A stretch of 63,944 nt of DNA, counting the filler, from Candidatus Desantisbacteria bacterium CG1_02_49_89 (lineage in GTDB: Bacteria > Desantisbacteria > UBA1551): the NCBI GenBank assembly GCA_001871075.1. It is 4 parts of 4 records of this genome, joined end to end, with 100 filler letters (N's around TTAATTAATTAA, not from the genome) between each part and the next. Parts side by side here need not be neighbours in the genome. Positions count along the whole stretch, not along the records: positions 1 to 17,009 come from MNUP01000016.1; positions 17,110 to 32,868 come from MNUP01000054.1; 2 more parts are not named here. One strand, written 5' to 3'. A program made the position numbers and the translations under genes. The stretch's first letter is position 1, and every line of letters begins with the position of its first letter. Below the pieces are notes generated by a model. That model saw only the letters and a program-made list of their open reading frames with translations, made no database searches and was not told the DNA's origin. Of the stretch, positions 11,501 through 20,500 are shown in pieces.

Positions 11501-14500
11501 CGTCAGCGACTCCATACAGTGTCCACGGCACAGAAGCGATGCTAGTATAGGTCTCAAAACTTGACCAGAACTCGTCGTTGGAAACCTGGATCTCCTTTAT
11601 CCCGGACTGCGTCTCTATTCTGCTGAAATTCAGGACAACCGTGTAGGTATTGCTGTATTCCGCGCCGCTGTTTATAAGCACGCTGCCGGACGGCGGGGTT
11701 ATGTCAACGCGGATGCTGTCCGTGAAGTTGGCGAAATTGTCCACATTGTCGTAGAACTGCACCCACACTGTCTTTGTGTCGTCTGTCATGAACAGCTTCC
11801 AGGACATCTGAGAGCTGCCGTCACTAAGTGGGAACGTCTCTATGCTTGAAACAAAGCTGTCGTTGCTGACCCATATCTTGTATGTCCCGCTCTGTGTATC
11901 CATGACCGTCAGGTTCAGCGCGACGGTGAACGTATCAGTGAACACCGCGCCGGTGTCTATCAAAACGGTCCCTACAGGCGGCGTGATGTCGATCTCTATG
12001 CTGTCAGTGCAGGTAGAGCTGTTGCCGGGCCTGTCAAAGTACTTCACGTACGCTGTCCTGACCAGGTCTCCGGGTATCAGTATCCAGATAGTGGTGCTAT
12101 TATATAAGGAAGAGCTTTCAGGTATCGTGTAGGTGTTGGCGGGCATGAAATCAGGATAGTTGCTTATGACAACCGTGTCTATCGGCGACATCCCGTCCGT
12201 TGCGGCAAGACCGAGTGTGACCGTGTTTCTCGCTGTATAGGTATCCCCGTTGTTGATAATGACGGTTCCGACAGGCGGGACCATGTCTATGTTAATGGTA
12301 TCCTGCCAGGTTCCGGACACGTTGCCGACATTATCAATGAATTTGACGTAAACGATCCTCAGTCCTTCACCCGGATACAGGATCCAGGCTTGCGGAGCTT
12401 CGCTGTAAGCGCGGGTCTCTACTTCAGCCTCGAACGTGGGAGAGTTGCTGATCACCATCAGGTTAAGCCCTGACTGCGAATCCAGTGCTGAAATGTCAAG
12501 CGCGACCGTGCTGGTGTTCGTGAATTCAGCGTTGCTGTTTATGATAATGCTGCCGTTGAACGGCGCTGTAAGGTCAACGTTGATGGTATCGGTGGTGGTG
12601 CTGCGGTTGCCGACATGGTCAATGAACGCGGCGTAAACCGTTATCGTCTCGTCTTCCGGACCCAGGTAGAACGGCTGGATCATTCCCGGGATGTAGGCGT
12701 AGGTTTCCGCGGTCGCGAAATCAGGATCCAGGCTTCTTACGAATGTTTCAACCCCTGACTGGGTGTCAAGCGCGGAAATAGTTGTCAGGAAGACGTTCGG
12801 AGTGCTGGTGAACAGCGCGCCTGTGTTGATCACAAGCTGGTCGTTATACGGCGGGCTCACGTCAACTATTATGGAATCAGTATACGTGCGCGTATTGCCC
12901 GCGCCGTCGTAGTATCTCAGGTAAATGGACTGCGTGTCCACACCGTCAAGGGTCCACCCGAAATCATTCATGTTTATGCTGTTGGACCACGGGTTGAGCT
13001 GCGCCGGGAAGGTGAAAGCAGAGGTGTTGGACAGGAGCACATAATCTATCCACCAGGTGTCCGCTCCCGCGAAATCCACGGTCGTCAAGCTTGAGCCAAT
13101 GAACGTTTCGCCGTTGGCAAGCATCAGCCACGAGCCGTACGGAGCTGTCTTGTCGATAATGATGGTGTCGGTATTAAACGCAGTTGAAGGAGGCCCTGAG
13201 AACGGACCATTGCCGGCCCGGTCAATGAACGCAACTATAATCTGTGTTTCGCCTTCAGTCGGGCCGAACGAGATCGGGTAATGGCTGTCGCTTACTGAGT
13301 TGGTATCGTTGTATTCAACAACAACATCCGGGTCGGTGTTAATGCTGGTCAGTATCGCGACCCAGCCCAGTTCAAAGTTGTCGGTCCCGTCGTAGTAAAC
13401 CGAGACGTCGCTGAACCTTGTATACAGGTCGCCGGTGTTTATAATCACCTGCGACACGACCGGGAGCTCAAAATCAACTATAATAGTCTCAACCTGCGTC
13501 ACGACCGCGTTGGCTGCATAATCATAATACCAGATTTGGATATTTTTTGTGCCCTGGGCGTATGCCGCAGCCAGGTCAAAAGTCACCGTATTTCCGAAAG
13601 GCGGCGAATACCACTGGGAAGCAGCCCCGGCGTCAGCCTCTATCCATATTCCGCCGATGCCGAAGTTATCAGTCACCTGAAGCTCAACTCCTATTACCTG
13701 AGTGTTGGTATAGATATAGGTGTCTGAAATTCCGAGCGGGACGGGGCTTCCAGGCGGGATACTTCCATCCGGGTCATACGGCGCCAGCCCGGCGTTTTGC
13801 GGCGGTTCTGTGTCGATGACAATGGTGTCATAAACCGTTAAATTGTTCCCTGCCCTCTCAATAAAATTCACGTACACAGTCCTTGTGCCCTGGCCTGTGA
13901 TGGTCACCCATCCGTTATAATTAGGATTATAAGGGACCGTGATGCCGTCAGAGAAATCAACGTAGTTGCTTATAACCATCGTGTCAACCGGCGAAAGGTT
14001 GTCCCACGCGTTCAGGGTGAGATTGACATTATTTGAGTTGCAGTATTCCGCATACCATGAACCGTTCACATTTACCGTGCCGTTTGGCGGCTCTGTGTCC
14101 AGAATAACCGTGTCTGAAACTACCGTTGGCCCGTACAGCGGGCCGCCGTTGCCTGCCCGGTCTGCAAAGTAAACGTAGATGGTCTTCGTACCCTGGCCTG
14201 ATATTATGGTAAGCCAGTGCGTGTCCCCGTCCACAACAGGAGCGTTATAGTTGCCAAGGTACCAGGCGGGGTTGAAAACGTCAGTCTCTGACGCGAGCGC
14301 CCAGCCAACAGCGTAATTGTCTGTCGCGGATATGTTCAGCTTGAAAAGCGTGTTATTTGTATATTCGCTACCGTCATTAATGACCGCTGAGCAGGACGCA
14401 GGGGGTTCTGTGTCAACGATGATGGTGTCGCCCGTAGTGAAATTGGTATTGTTGGCGTTGTCAACAACTCCGCCATAGACCCTTCTCTCGCCTTCGCCGA

Positions 14501-16856
14501 ACGGGAACGTTTCAGCGCCGGGATAGGTCAGGTTGAACGTCATTGAATTATCGCCGGAGACCCAGTTTGTCCCGAACCAGTAGTTATGTATCTCATCGTA
14601 AGTCTCGGTGTTTGAGGACGCCCAGCCTGATACTCCGGAAATATTGTCGGTCGCGGTGGCGTGGACAGTGACAGTTTCCTGGTTGGTGTAAGTGAAGGTA
14701 TCGGAAGTCAATGCCGGATTGTACGGATCGAACATGCCGCTTGCGTCGTAAACGGTTATGGCAAGGTCCTGCGGCGGCTCAGTGTCTATGGTTATCGTAT
14801 CGCTGAGCGTTATGGACTGGTTCCCGCAGGGGTCAATGTATTTCACGTAAACGGTTCTTACGCCCTGGCCCGGGGGCGTTGTAGTCCAGGGATACGTGGG
14901 CTGGTTGGGGATGGTATTGACTTCCGAAGAGAAATCAATATAGTTGCTTATAACTATAGTATCCACCTGGAAGTTGTCAACAGGGCTGAAACTCACGGTT
15001 ACGTCGTTTGAATTCCAGTAGGTCCCGCCGGCGAACGGAGCCTGGAACGCGTAGTCTATCCCCATGAACGCAACCGACCCGGAAGGCGGCTCTGTGTCCA
15101 ACTTGATGCTGTCAAAAGTCCAGCTTGCGCCGGGCCCGCCGTTCCCCGCAGCATCCATAGAATAAAGCCAGATGGTCTTGGTGCCCTGGCCGGTCTCTAT
15201 CGTGTAAAGCGTTGTTTCCGAAACGGTAGGCGCATAGTATTGCAGTGTTTTATACGAAGGCGAGAATGCGTCCGTCTCCGAGAGCACTATCCACTTTATG
15301 AAGTTCTCGTCCTGCGAGCCGAAGCTCACTTCCACCACTGAGGTATTCGTCCATTCAGCGCCGGCGTTTATCGTCATAGTGCAGTAGGAAGGATTGAACC
15401 AGTCAAGGTATATCGTGTCCTGTGTGAGAGTTGCGTTATTCGCTACATCGCCGAGCTCAAACGTTACTTTTCTCTCTCCCTGCACAAGGGGCGGGGCGCT
15501 TGCACCCCAGCTCAGGTCAAACGTTGTCTTGTTTGGCCCGCCCTGCACAACAGAACTCCAGTTCCAATTTGCAGGGTCCCAGTTTGTTTCGCTCCAGGTC
15601 ATGGAATCGCAGTTTGAAAAAGCATAATACGATTCAATGAGTGTATCAGCGCCGTCAATATCAAGGATAACATTAGGCGAGTTTGTGTAATCCATAGTAT
15701 CTGAAATAACGTCCGGATTAAGGTCATACGTCGTTGAGTCGGCGTCATAGACCGATGTCCAGAATATAGAAGGGAAAGTCGTATCTATGGTAATGTCGTC
15801 GGTGCACACGTATCCGTTCCCGGCCCCGTCAATGTACTTGACGTACACGATCTTTGTCTCTGTTGCGCCGGAAGTGTGCCAGGCATAGGTATTCTGGTTG
15901 TCAATTGTTTCGGCGGTCGTGAAATCCTTGTTGTTGCTTATGACTATCGTATCAACTATATAGTTGTCAGCCGCGGTGAAATATAGAGTGACTGTTTCTG
16001 AATCCCAGTAAGGCCCGCCGGCCCATCCTGCGTCAAAATATCCGTTCCTTCCCCAAATTGACATAAAACCGGAAGGCGGCTCTGTGTCGACAATGATGTC
16101 ATCCCAAACATTATACCAGTTTGTCATAGGAGAAAAATCTGAAAACCAGCAGTTAAGGTTCACTATACCCTGCTCTGGAGTCTGCATCACCCATTGAACC
16201 TGTGTATTATAAGTACTTGCGTTGATAGTCCAATTACTCCAAGCACCCCCGTCTTCCTGTATCCACATTTGGTAAAGCGTCCCGGGGTAAGTATCGGCTG
16301 CAGCCTGGTATTGTCCCGCGTCACTGTAGTAGTCTGCCGCTTTAATATTGATACGGAGGGTCGTTGTGTTAACGTAGGTAGCAGAGGTATTTATATTATA
16401 TTCACTCGTAGCAGGTGTGCCTGTATCAATGATTATAGAATCCGTGCCCACCAGGCCCGTATTTGCCGTCCCAAAAGCCGAATCTGTTGCGGTAACGTAA
16501 AGACATTTCAGCCCTGACCCTGTTCCAAGCCAGTAGTCGGTAGCAGTGTAGTATCCTGTCCCTGAATCAACTGTTGTTGCTCCTGCCATACCGGGGTTCC
16601 TGCTGTAGGTGGTGGAATCCACGCTAACCTGCGTATCACTGGTTGTCGAGTAGAAAGCGAGGTTAAAATTGCTCTGGTATGTCTTGTTCCCGGTCCCGCT
16701 TGGGTCAATGAGATCAACAAGCGGCCTTCTGGGCCCGGTTATATCCTGTTCTACATACATCAACCTTCTGCCAGGCAAGGTAAAAGAAACTATTGTGGTG
16801 TTACATAAATCCCTTGACATTTGATTCTGCTTTGAGTTGTCATTGCGAGCGACCAA
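5517..16856 (-). CDS. Giant Ig-repeat surface protein with C-terminal FlgD-Ig/T9SS-like sorting domain; true 5' end is beyond the contig end and is cut off by a MITE
   Basis: Roughly 30+ tandem ~90-110-aa repeats (D(L/I)TPPSG.V.I..G...V.L...A.D...F.D.AGN); C-terminus VFPNPY...IRIYN..GE...WNGKN..G..VAPGIYIY; first 21 codons of the ORF are MITE-derived. Confidence 0.85.
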   Translation of the reverse strand: MVARNDNSKQNQMSRDLCNTTIVSFTLPGRRLMYVEQDITGPRRPLVDLIDPSGTGNKTYQSNFNLAFYSTTSDTQVSVDSTTYSRNPGMAGATTVDSGTGYYTATDYWLGTGSGLKCLYVTATDSAFGTANTGLVGTDSIIIDTGTPATSEYNINTSATYVNTTTLRINIKAADYYSDAGQYQAAADTYPGTLYQMWIQEDGGAWSNWTINASTYNTQVQWVMQTPEQGIVNLNCWFSDFSPMTNWYNVWDDIIVDTEPPSGFMSIWGRNGYFDAGWAGGPYWDSETVTLYFTAADNYIVDTIVISNNKDFTTAETIDNQNTYAWHTSGATETKIVYVKYIDGAGNGYVCTDDITIDTTFPSIFWTSVYDADSTTYDLNPDVISDTMDYTNSPNVILDIDGADTLIESYYAFSNCDSMTWSETNWDPANWNWSSVVQGGPNKTTFDLSWGASAPPLVQGERKVTFELGDVANNATLTQDTIYLDWFNPSYCTMTINAGAEWTNTSVVEVSFGSQDENFIKWIVLSETDAFSPSYKTLQYYAPTVSETTLYTIETGQGTKTIWLYSMDAAGNGGPGASWTFDSIKLDTEPPSGSVAFMGIDYAFQAPFAGGTYWNSNDVTVSFSPVDNFQVDTIVISNYIDFSSEVNTIPNQPTYPWTTTPPGQGVRTVYVKYIDPCGNQSITLSDTITIDTEPPQDLAITVYDASGMFDPYNPALTSDTFTYTNQETVTVHATATDNISGVSGWASSNTETYDEIHNYWFGTNWVSGDNSMTFNLTYPGAETFPFGEGERRVYGGVVDNANNTNFTTGDTIIVDTEPPASCSAVINDGSEYTNNTLFKLNISATDNYAVGWALASETDVFNPAWYLGNYNAPVVDGDTHWLTIISGQGTKTIYVYFADRAGNGGPLYGPTVVSDTVILDTEPPNGTVNVNGSWYAEYCNSNNVNLTLNAWDNLSPVDTMVISNYVDFSDGITVPYNPNYNGWVTITGQGTRTVYVNFIERAGNNLTVYDTIVIDTEPPQNAGLAPYDPDGSIPPGSPVPLGISDTYIYTNTQVIGVELQVTDNFGIGGIWIEADAGAASQWYSPPFGNTVTFDLAAAYAQGTKNIQIWYYDYAANAVVTQVETIIVDFELPVVSQVIINTGDLYTRFSDVSVYYDGTDNFELGWVAILTSINTDPDVVVEYNDTNSVSDSHYPISFGPTEGETQIIVAFIDRAGNGPFSGPPSTAFNTDTIIIDKTAPYGSWLMLANGETFIGSSLTTVDFAGADTWWIDYVLLSNTSAFTFPAQLNPWSNSINMNDFGWTLDGVDTQSIYLRYYDGAGNTRTYTDSIIVDVSPPYNDQLVINTGALFTSTPNVFLTTISALDTQSGVETFVRSLDPDFATAETYAYIPGMIQPFYLGPEDETITVYAAFIDHVGNRSTTTDTINVDLTAPFNGSIIINSNAEFTNTSTVALDISALDSQSGLNLMVISNSPTFEAEVETRAYSEAPQAWILYPGEGLRIVYVKFIDNVGNVSGTWQDTINIDMVPPVGTVIINNGDTYTARNTVTLGLAATDGMSPIDTVVISNYPDFMPANTYTIPESSSLYNSTTIWILIPGDLVRTAYVKYFDRPGNSSTCTDSIEIDITPPVGTVLIDTGAVFTDTFTVALNLTVMDTQSGTYKIWVSNDSFVSSIETFPLSDGSSQMSWKLFMTDDTKTVWVQFYDNVDNFANFTDSIRVDITPPSGSVLINSGAEYSNTYTVVLNFSRIETQSGIKEIQVSNDEFWSSFETYTSIASVPWTLYGVADGVRTVWVKYIDEMDWASTVMTDTIVIDTYPPVGSMNINDNQLFANSNTVTLWLNATDNNKVYNVLVSNDSFATTASLPYASRVQWNAGAGDETKTVQVKFQDGAGWISGEYSDSIYLDLANPSGTVTINEGDLINSLNINLTLAASDTQTPVDTMVIGDGANTAVYAYAAALPWTFASDGSKTITASFLDRAGNSTQATDNVMVDLTPPSASVSIDEGTIYNGLTINLTLASADTQSVVDTMVIADGAAVNTYAYAPAQAWTFATGGNKTVTVVFIDRAGNISPAASDTILVDLNLPSGTVSINQGDLHNSLTVNLTLSASDTQTYVDTMVITDGSATSTEPYATSKTWTFASDGSKTITARFIDSTGNVSAGATDTTVIDITPPTAGVSINQGHLYYGHLIGLTLASADTQVTVDWMVISDGENVNTYAYATSKSWAFVSDGNKTVTVKFIDKAGNSSAAASDTTVIDVMPPFGTVSIDEGDIYSGGLTVNLTISADDTQVPVDTMVIYDGTATGTFAYATSHAWTFAKDGNKSVYARFIDRAGNKSDTASDAVLIDLTPPSGSVSFIEGTIFGSLSVNLAISAADTQLTVDTMVLTDGVTTSTEPYAISRAWVFGSDGSKTINAKFIDNAGNASGWFTDNIEIDLTPPSGSVVIDQKPIYASRTVSLSITAADTQTSVDTMVVSDGTATSTSAYSPTKAWTFVSDGNQTVNVSFIDHVGNVSSQFSDNITIDLTPPSGSVSIDEGILYNGLTVNLTLASADTQSAVTTMMIMDGVNGSTLPFAAAAPWTFASDGNKTVSVRFIDAAGNLSVWYSAATTIDLTPPSGTIGIDEGDLHGDMAVSLTISAYDTQVSVNSMIIGDGENTSVLAYAATQPWAFTSDGTKRVSVQFTDDAGNTSKQFADNIVIDMTPPSGTVSIDQKPLYNNRTVSTVISAVDTQCAIDSMVISDGTNTSTCAYAASKTWTFATDGNNTLSVRFIDHIGNVSGVFTDNILIDLTPPSGTVTIDEGKICNNLNVNLTIAAADTQSAITTMIISDGVTTNTYAFGPAVAWAIYSEGNKTVSVRFIDAAGNVSRSFSDTTFIDITPPSGTVAIDQGILHNSRTITMALSASDALVSVDTMVIDDGTNVNTMPYATAIGWTFDADGVNVINARFLDKAGNVSANASDSILIDITPPSGTVVIDEDLFLNKMSINLTLNAADTQVAVDAMVITDGVSTSTSAYATSKAWTFTYDGNRMIQVWFIDHAGNISAQATDNILIDVTNPSGSVSINEGVLFNSLTVNLTLNAADTESLVDTMVISDGVNTETSALAGAKVWTFVSDGVKTVTARFIDRPGNISPVYSDTILIDVTSPSGSVVIDTGANYTENWTVSIALSASDALTSVDTVVISEGGVDNTSAYTPGSRALVLSAGDDLKTVTVRYIDKVGNSVTATDTIVIDVAYPDGAFALNAGFDYVNSINVIVNIYAVDTQSGIAQVMLSNDNLNFVARAYDPAGIVWTLPNTGDGERYVYAKYFDALGHVSPVRSDTIVVDLTPPSGSVKINNGDQYVNTYTVTLNFSSVDTQAGNGQIAVSNDNFSTVNTIAYVTSANWVLSQNVLDGIKTVWVKFIDACGNISDAKSDTIMITGIAQVGVVTVPNTVPSSGNTWTMSLTVQNIGMKNVTIDTATSCVVFTMDGEDISSEFTVTKPNPLGLAPGNLGASTFTVTKTTNRTGRMTVDIFVGAKDDKGPALGVHLARTIDVFSPANEDRSYTLMNEFGDTIVELNIPAGSLTEPASIVIAFMTINDSICEANTWALINGQYAGISELNGRIVSIRAVRVSDTSTDVTLNNTSAVRITISYAGVWLGLENPSNLRVFVLNGRTWELVAGAVQVDLVNRTVTVTVSHFSVYRLMIFRPYQAGSDLSGVLVFPNPYIPAQAVGGTVKFNHLTKLATIRIYNSVGEFIKEVAVDDPNGEASWNGKNASGVDVAPGIYIYVITNPSGNRTTGKIGLIR

Positions 16857-16955
16857 AGGGAGCGTGGCAATCTCGATTTTTAGGTCGAGATTGCTTCGTC
16901 GTTAACACTCCTCGCAATGACAGCCCAAATGTAAAGATCTGTTAGAGACACCACA
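16794..16955 (-). mobile_element. 162-bp MITE with 4-bp target duplication (ATAG on minus strand)
   Basis: Terminal inverted repeats TGTGGTGT/ACACCACA; CTAT at 16790-16793 and 16956-16959; near-identical to 63718-63879. Confidence 0.9.
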
Positions 16956-17009
16956 CTATGATCTCGTTTGTTCCTGTTTTCCAGGCAGAAATATTTTTCC
17001 CCGGCGTAT

Positions 17010-17109
17010 NNNNNNNNNNNNNNNNNNNNNNNNNNNNNNNNNNNNNNNNNNNNTTAATTAATTAANNNNNNNNNNNNNNNNNNNNNNNNNNNNNNNNNNN
17101 NNNNNNNNN
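17010..17109. other. Artificial contig linker
   Basis: N44-TTAATTAATTAA-N44, stops in all six frames. Confidence 0.98.
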
Positions 17110-17538
17110 AAAAAGTAACTATTCATATATGAAGATTTGTTTATAAGTTGCCATAATAATTATCAACAGAGCAAAAAAGAATGAAAACTATACCAATTTG
17201 CAAGAATTTAAAAACTGTTACCGACGACAAAGGGTTAAAAACAGGGCGTTTTCACGCATTTTTCAGGTAAAGTCCTGAGTTACTCCGAAGGAGTCCCTTT
17301 GGGACAAAAACTGTGTTAACCTGTGGTTTCAGAAGCAGTCATTTGTCATTAGTCGTTTGTCATTACTAAAAGACAAATATTTCTCTGTGTTCTCTATGGT
17401 TAATTTCGTGCTTTCGTGATTTCGTGGTAATAAAGATAGTCATTAGTCATTTGTCATGAGTCATTTGTAAAAGCCGAAGATTTCTCTGTGCCTCTGTGTC
17501 TCTGTGGTGAATTATTTAAATTTTTCTTTGGAGGGGAA

Positions 17539-20500
17539 ATGCATAAATTAACAGCAGTGGTAACGGCGTGCGTTATGATCGCGGGATGCGCATTCGGGGA
17601 GGTGGCGGTGGGCGGCAGCGGAAAGGGCGTGAGCATTTCAAACGGGCTTACGAAGATCAACGTGGTCCTGAAGGACGGGGATGCGGTCGGTTTCGAGGTT
17701 TTCAGCACGGTGAAGGGCGAGCTTCAGGTCGCGCTTGTGGAGCTTTCTTCCTCCGCAAGGTGGAAGGCTAAGACCGTCGAATCCGGCAAAAAGGGGACGG
17801 GCTCATTTTCCAGCGCATTTTTCACGTTGAAAGGTATGGATACCGCGGGCACAAAAGGCACGCCGGAATTCGGCCCGGATTCCTATATAACCGTTTCTCT
17901 TGACGAGGGCAATCCTTTCCCGCAGGTGGAATTCAAGTTCGACCTGAAATCTTTTAACGCGGACAAATGGGAATCAGCCTGGGGCAGTGGATGCCCGATG
18001 TATTTCCTGCGCTGCACGCTTGACGAAGCCCAGTGTTTCTACCAGGGAGGGGAGCTTTTCCCGTCCCCGACGTTCGACCCCTATCCGATAACAATGCCGC
18101 AGATGAGCGGTGACTGGTCCCCTTCCAGGTGGTCATACGCGCCTGCTATCGGCGCGAACCCGGTCCCGGCAATGGGTTTATGGGCTCCGCAGATAAAGAA
18201 ATTCGTCGGCTACGAGTTCCAGCACAGCCGTTCAACCAACAGGAGCGAGAAATTCATAGCCAGCTCATACTGCGCCGGAGAGGACGCGCATCCTAAGCAG
18301 TTCTTTACCCTATTATACCCATACGCGAAGGGACAGTGGCGCAAGTTGAGGTATCCTGACAAGCCGGCTGTTATCGGCACTCATTTCAGGGTCATATACA
18401 ACCTTGACCTTCCTTCATTCCAGGACCCAAATGATTTTGTTATTCATTATATATATCGGACATACCTGGACCTGCTTCCTGACTGCCCGAAGATGAACGA
18501 TCTGTCCTGGATGAAAGGGACCCAGGGTTCCCCTGACGAATACGGCGCGCTTCTGCTGTATGACATGGGAAAGCGCAAAGGCAAGCCAGGCAGAGGCGCA
18601 AGCCGGCTTTACGTTAAATATGACCAGAGCGAAAAACAGTTCTTCAAGGCCGGCGCGACCCAGCTTATCGGCCACCAGACAGGGAAAGCCATCAATCTCG
18701 CTTACCTTGTTAATAACCAGAATGCCATAAAGGATTACAAGGCACAGATCGAGTTCCTTTTACCGAAGGCGATCGAAAAGACCTATGAGAACGGGGATAA
18801 GTGCTGGGTGTGGAACCACCCTCTTGAAGGCGCTTTCAACGACGGGTACAAAGGGGATGCCGCGACTTCAACCCAGCACATGTTCAACTGGAGCATAGCT
18901 GAGGCGATGCTTTATATTTATATAAACGAGAAAGATGAAAGCTACCTGAAATATATCGACGGCATGCTTTTATGGACAAAACATTATCTGTATGACCGGG
19001 CAGGAATGGCTGACATACCGCAGTCAATATTTTCCATGGGAGCGGGCAACGGCGGGGAGTTCTGCCTGGATTACTATTACACATTCAGGAATGACCCGAA
19101 AAGAAAAGAGCTTGCGAAGCAGGCTTTTGACCTTGCGAAGATGGTTGTTTTCAGGAACGTGTATTACTATACCGATGACCCGGATAATTACGATGAGCTG
19201 GATCCCACTTTCCTGATGCAGGCGGTCAACGCCCAGTACTGGCTTGGAATGGTGACCTGGGGAGAAATGGGCAGGATCCCTGAAATGCTGATGCAGATAT
19301 ACGCCGAAACAGGCGACCCTGTGGCGAAATATATCACCCGCGGTTGCCTTGAAAGGTTTTTCTGGGGCGCCAGGAACACCAAGCTCGAATTCTGGGAGAA
19401 CATAGACGTTTTCGGCGAGTCAAACGGCGAGAAGGGCAAAGGTTCAGGCGGGTGGGGGGCGTGCAATTTCAAGAGATACGCCCAGCCTGTCGGTGACGCT
19501 CTGGCAAGAGTTGTCATGGGCCAGGGCGGGGCAATGGCTTTCTGCGTTAAGACATTCGCGGTTGACATAGCCGATTACTGTTACGAGCCGGAGAACAATT
19601 TTGAATTCAAGGTTACTGTTGATAAAAGCCTTGCGGGAGCTCCTTTGGGGGAATTCGGCCTGATCGCCACAGCACCGAGGCGGGACCTGCGCGGAAAAAA
19701 AGTTTATTTGAACGGCAAGGAACTTGAATCAGGCACATTTGTCATTTCCACGATCGGCGAGGACGTTTTTCTGGGAGCCGTGAAAGCCGGCGACGTTGTG
19801 ACGGTCGGGGATATTAAAGCGCACAAGCCCCTGAAAACAGAGCAGGAAAAAGTAAGGGTCATACCCAAAGGCAAATACGTGAAAGAAGACGCTTTCGCGC
19901 TTCTCAATCTCTATCCTGTCGCGGATACGAAGATAGACGCGACCTGGCAGGGGGACTGGGGCGGGTACATACCGGGTAAAAGGTACGTTTCAGGCATACC
20001 CTGCCTTATGATAGACCCGGTTTTCAATTCTGACAAAACAGCTGTGGGCGGCGGGGTGCAGGTTCCTGTCGATGAAAAGGTGCAGGCAATTTTCGTTTTC
20101 GCCTCAACCGGCGGCAGGATCGGGAAGATAGGCGATTACACCGTGGCCTATTCCGACAACACGACCCAGAATTTTGAGCTTGTCGGCGGGGCGGACGCGT
20201 TCGCAGGCTCTCCTTATTACAAAAGGACCTGGCAGATAAAGATGTATCCCAACATTCTGCCAGCGGAGAAATCCGTGAAATCTATCGTTTTTTCCAAGGG
20301 GTCTATGATATTCGCGGTCACGCTGCAGCTGCTGCGGACAGAGGACGCGTCAAAGGCTATCGAGATCATGAAGTCCGCGACAGAGATGAAAATGATGGCG
20401 GAAAGCAATTACAATTACCAGTCACCCGATAAGAAAAACCCGCTTGACCTCGCGTGGTGGAACAAGGACTGGCATTACAGGACACTTATCCAGCTGGGCG

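Noticed and set aside
6010-16517. Many plus-strand ORFs opposite the giant gene, and similar antisense ORFs window-wide
   Set aside because: Shadow frames from codon bias; no recognisable motifs or RBS
16794-16856. N-terminus MVARNDNSKQ... as the real start of the giant protein
   Set aside because: Encoded by the MITE; no signal peptide
17010-17109. TTAATTAATTAA palindrome between N runs (also 32869 and 49846)
   Set aside because: Identical synthetic linkers; not biological, and ORFs running into them are artefacts
16960-17540. Divergent promoter region shared by the giant surface gene and the 17539 gene
   Set aside because: The genes are on different contigs
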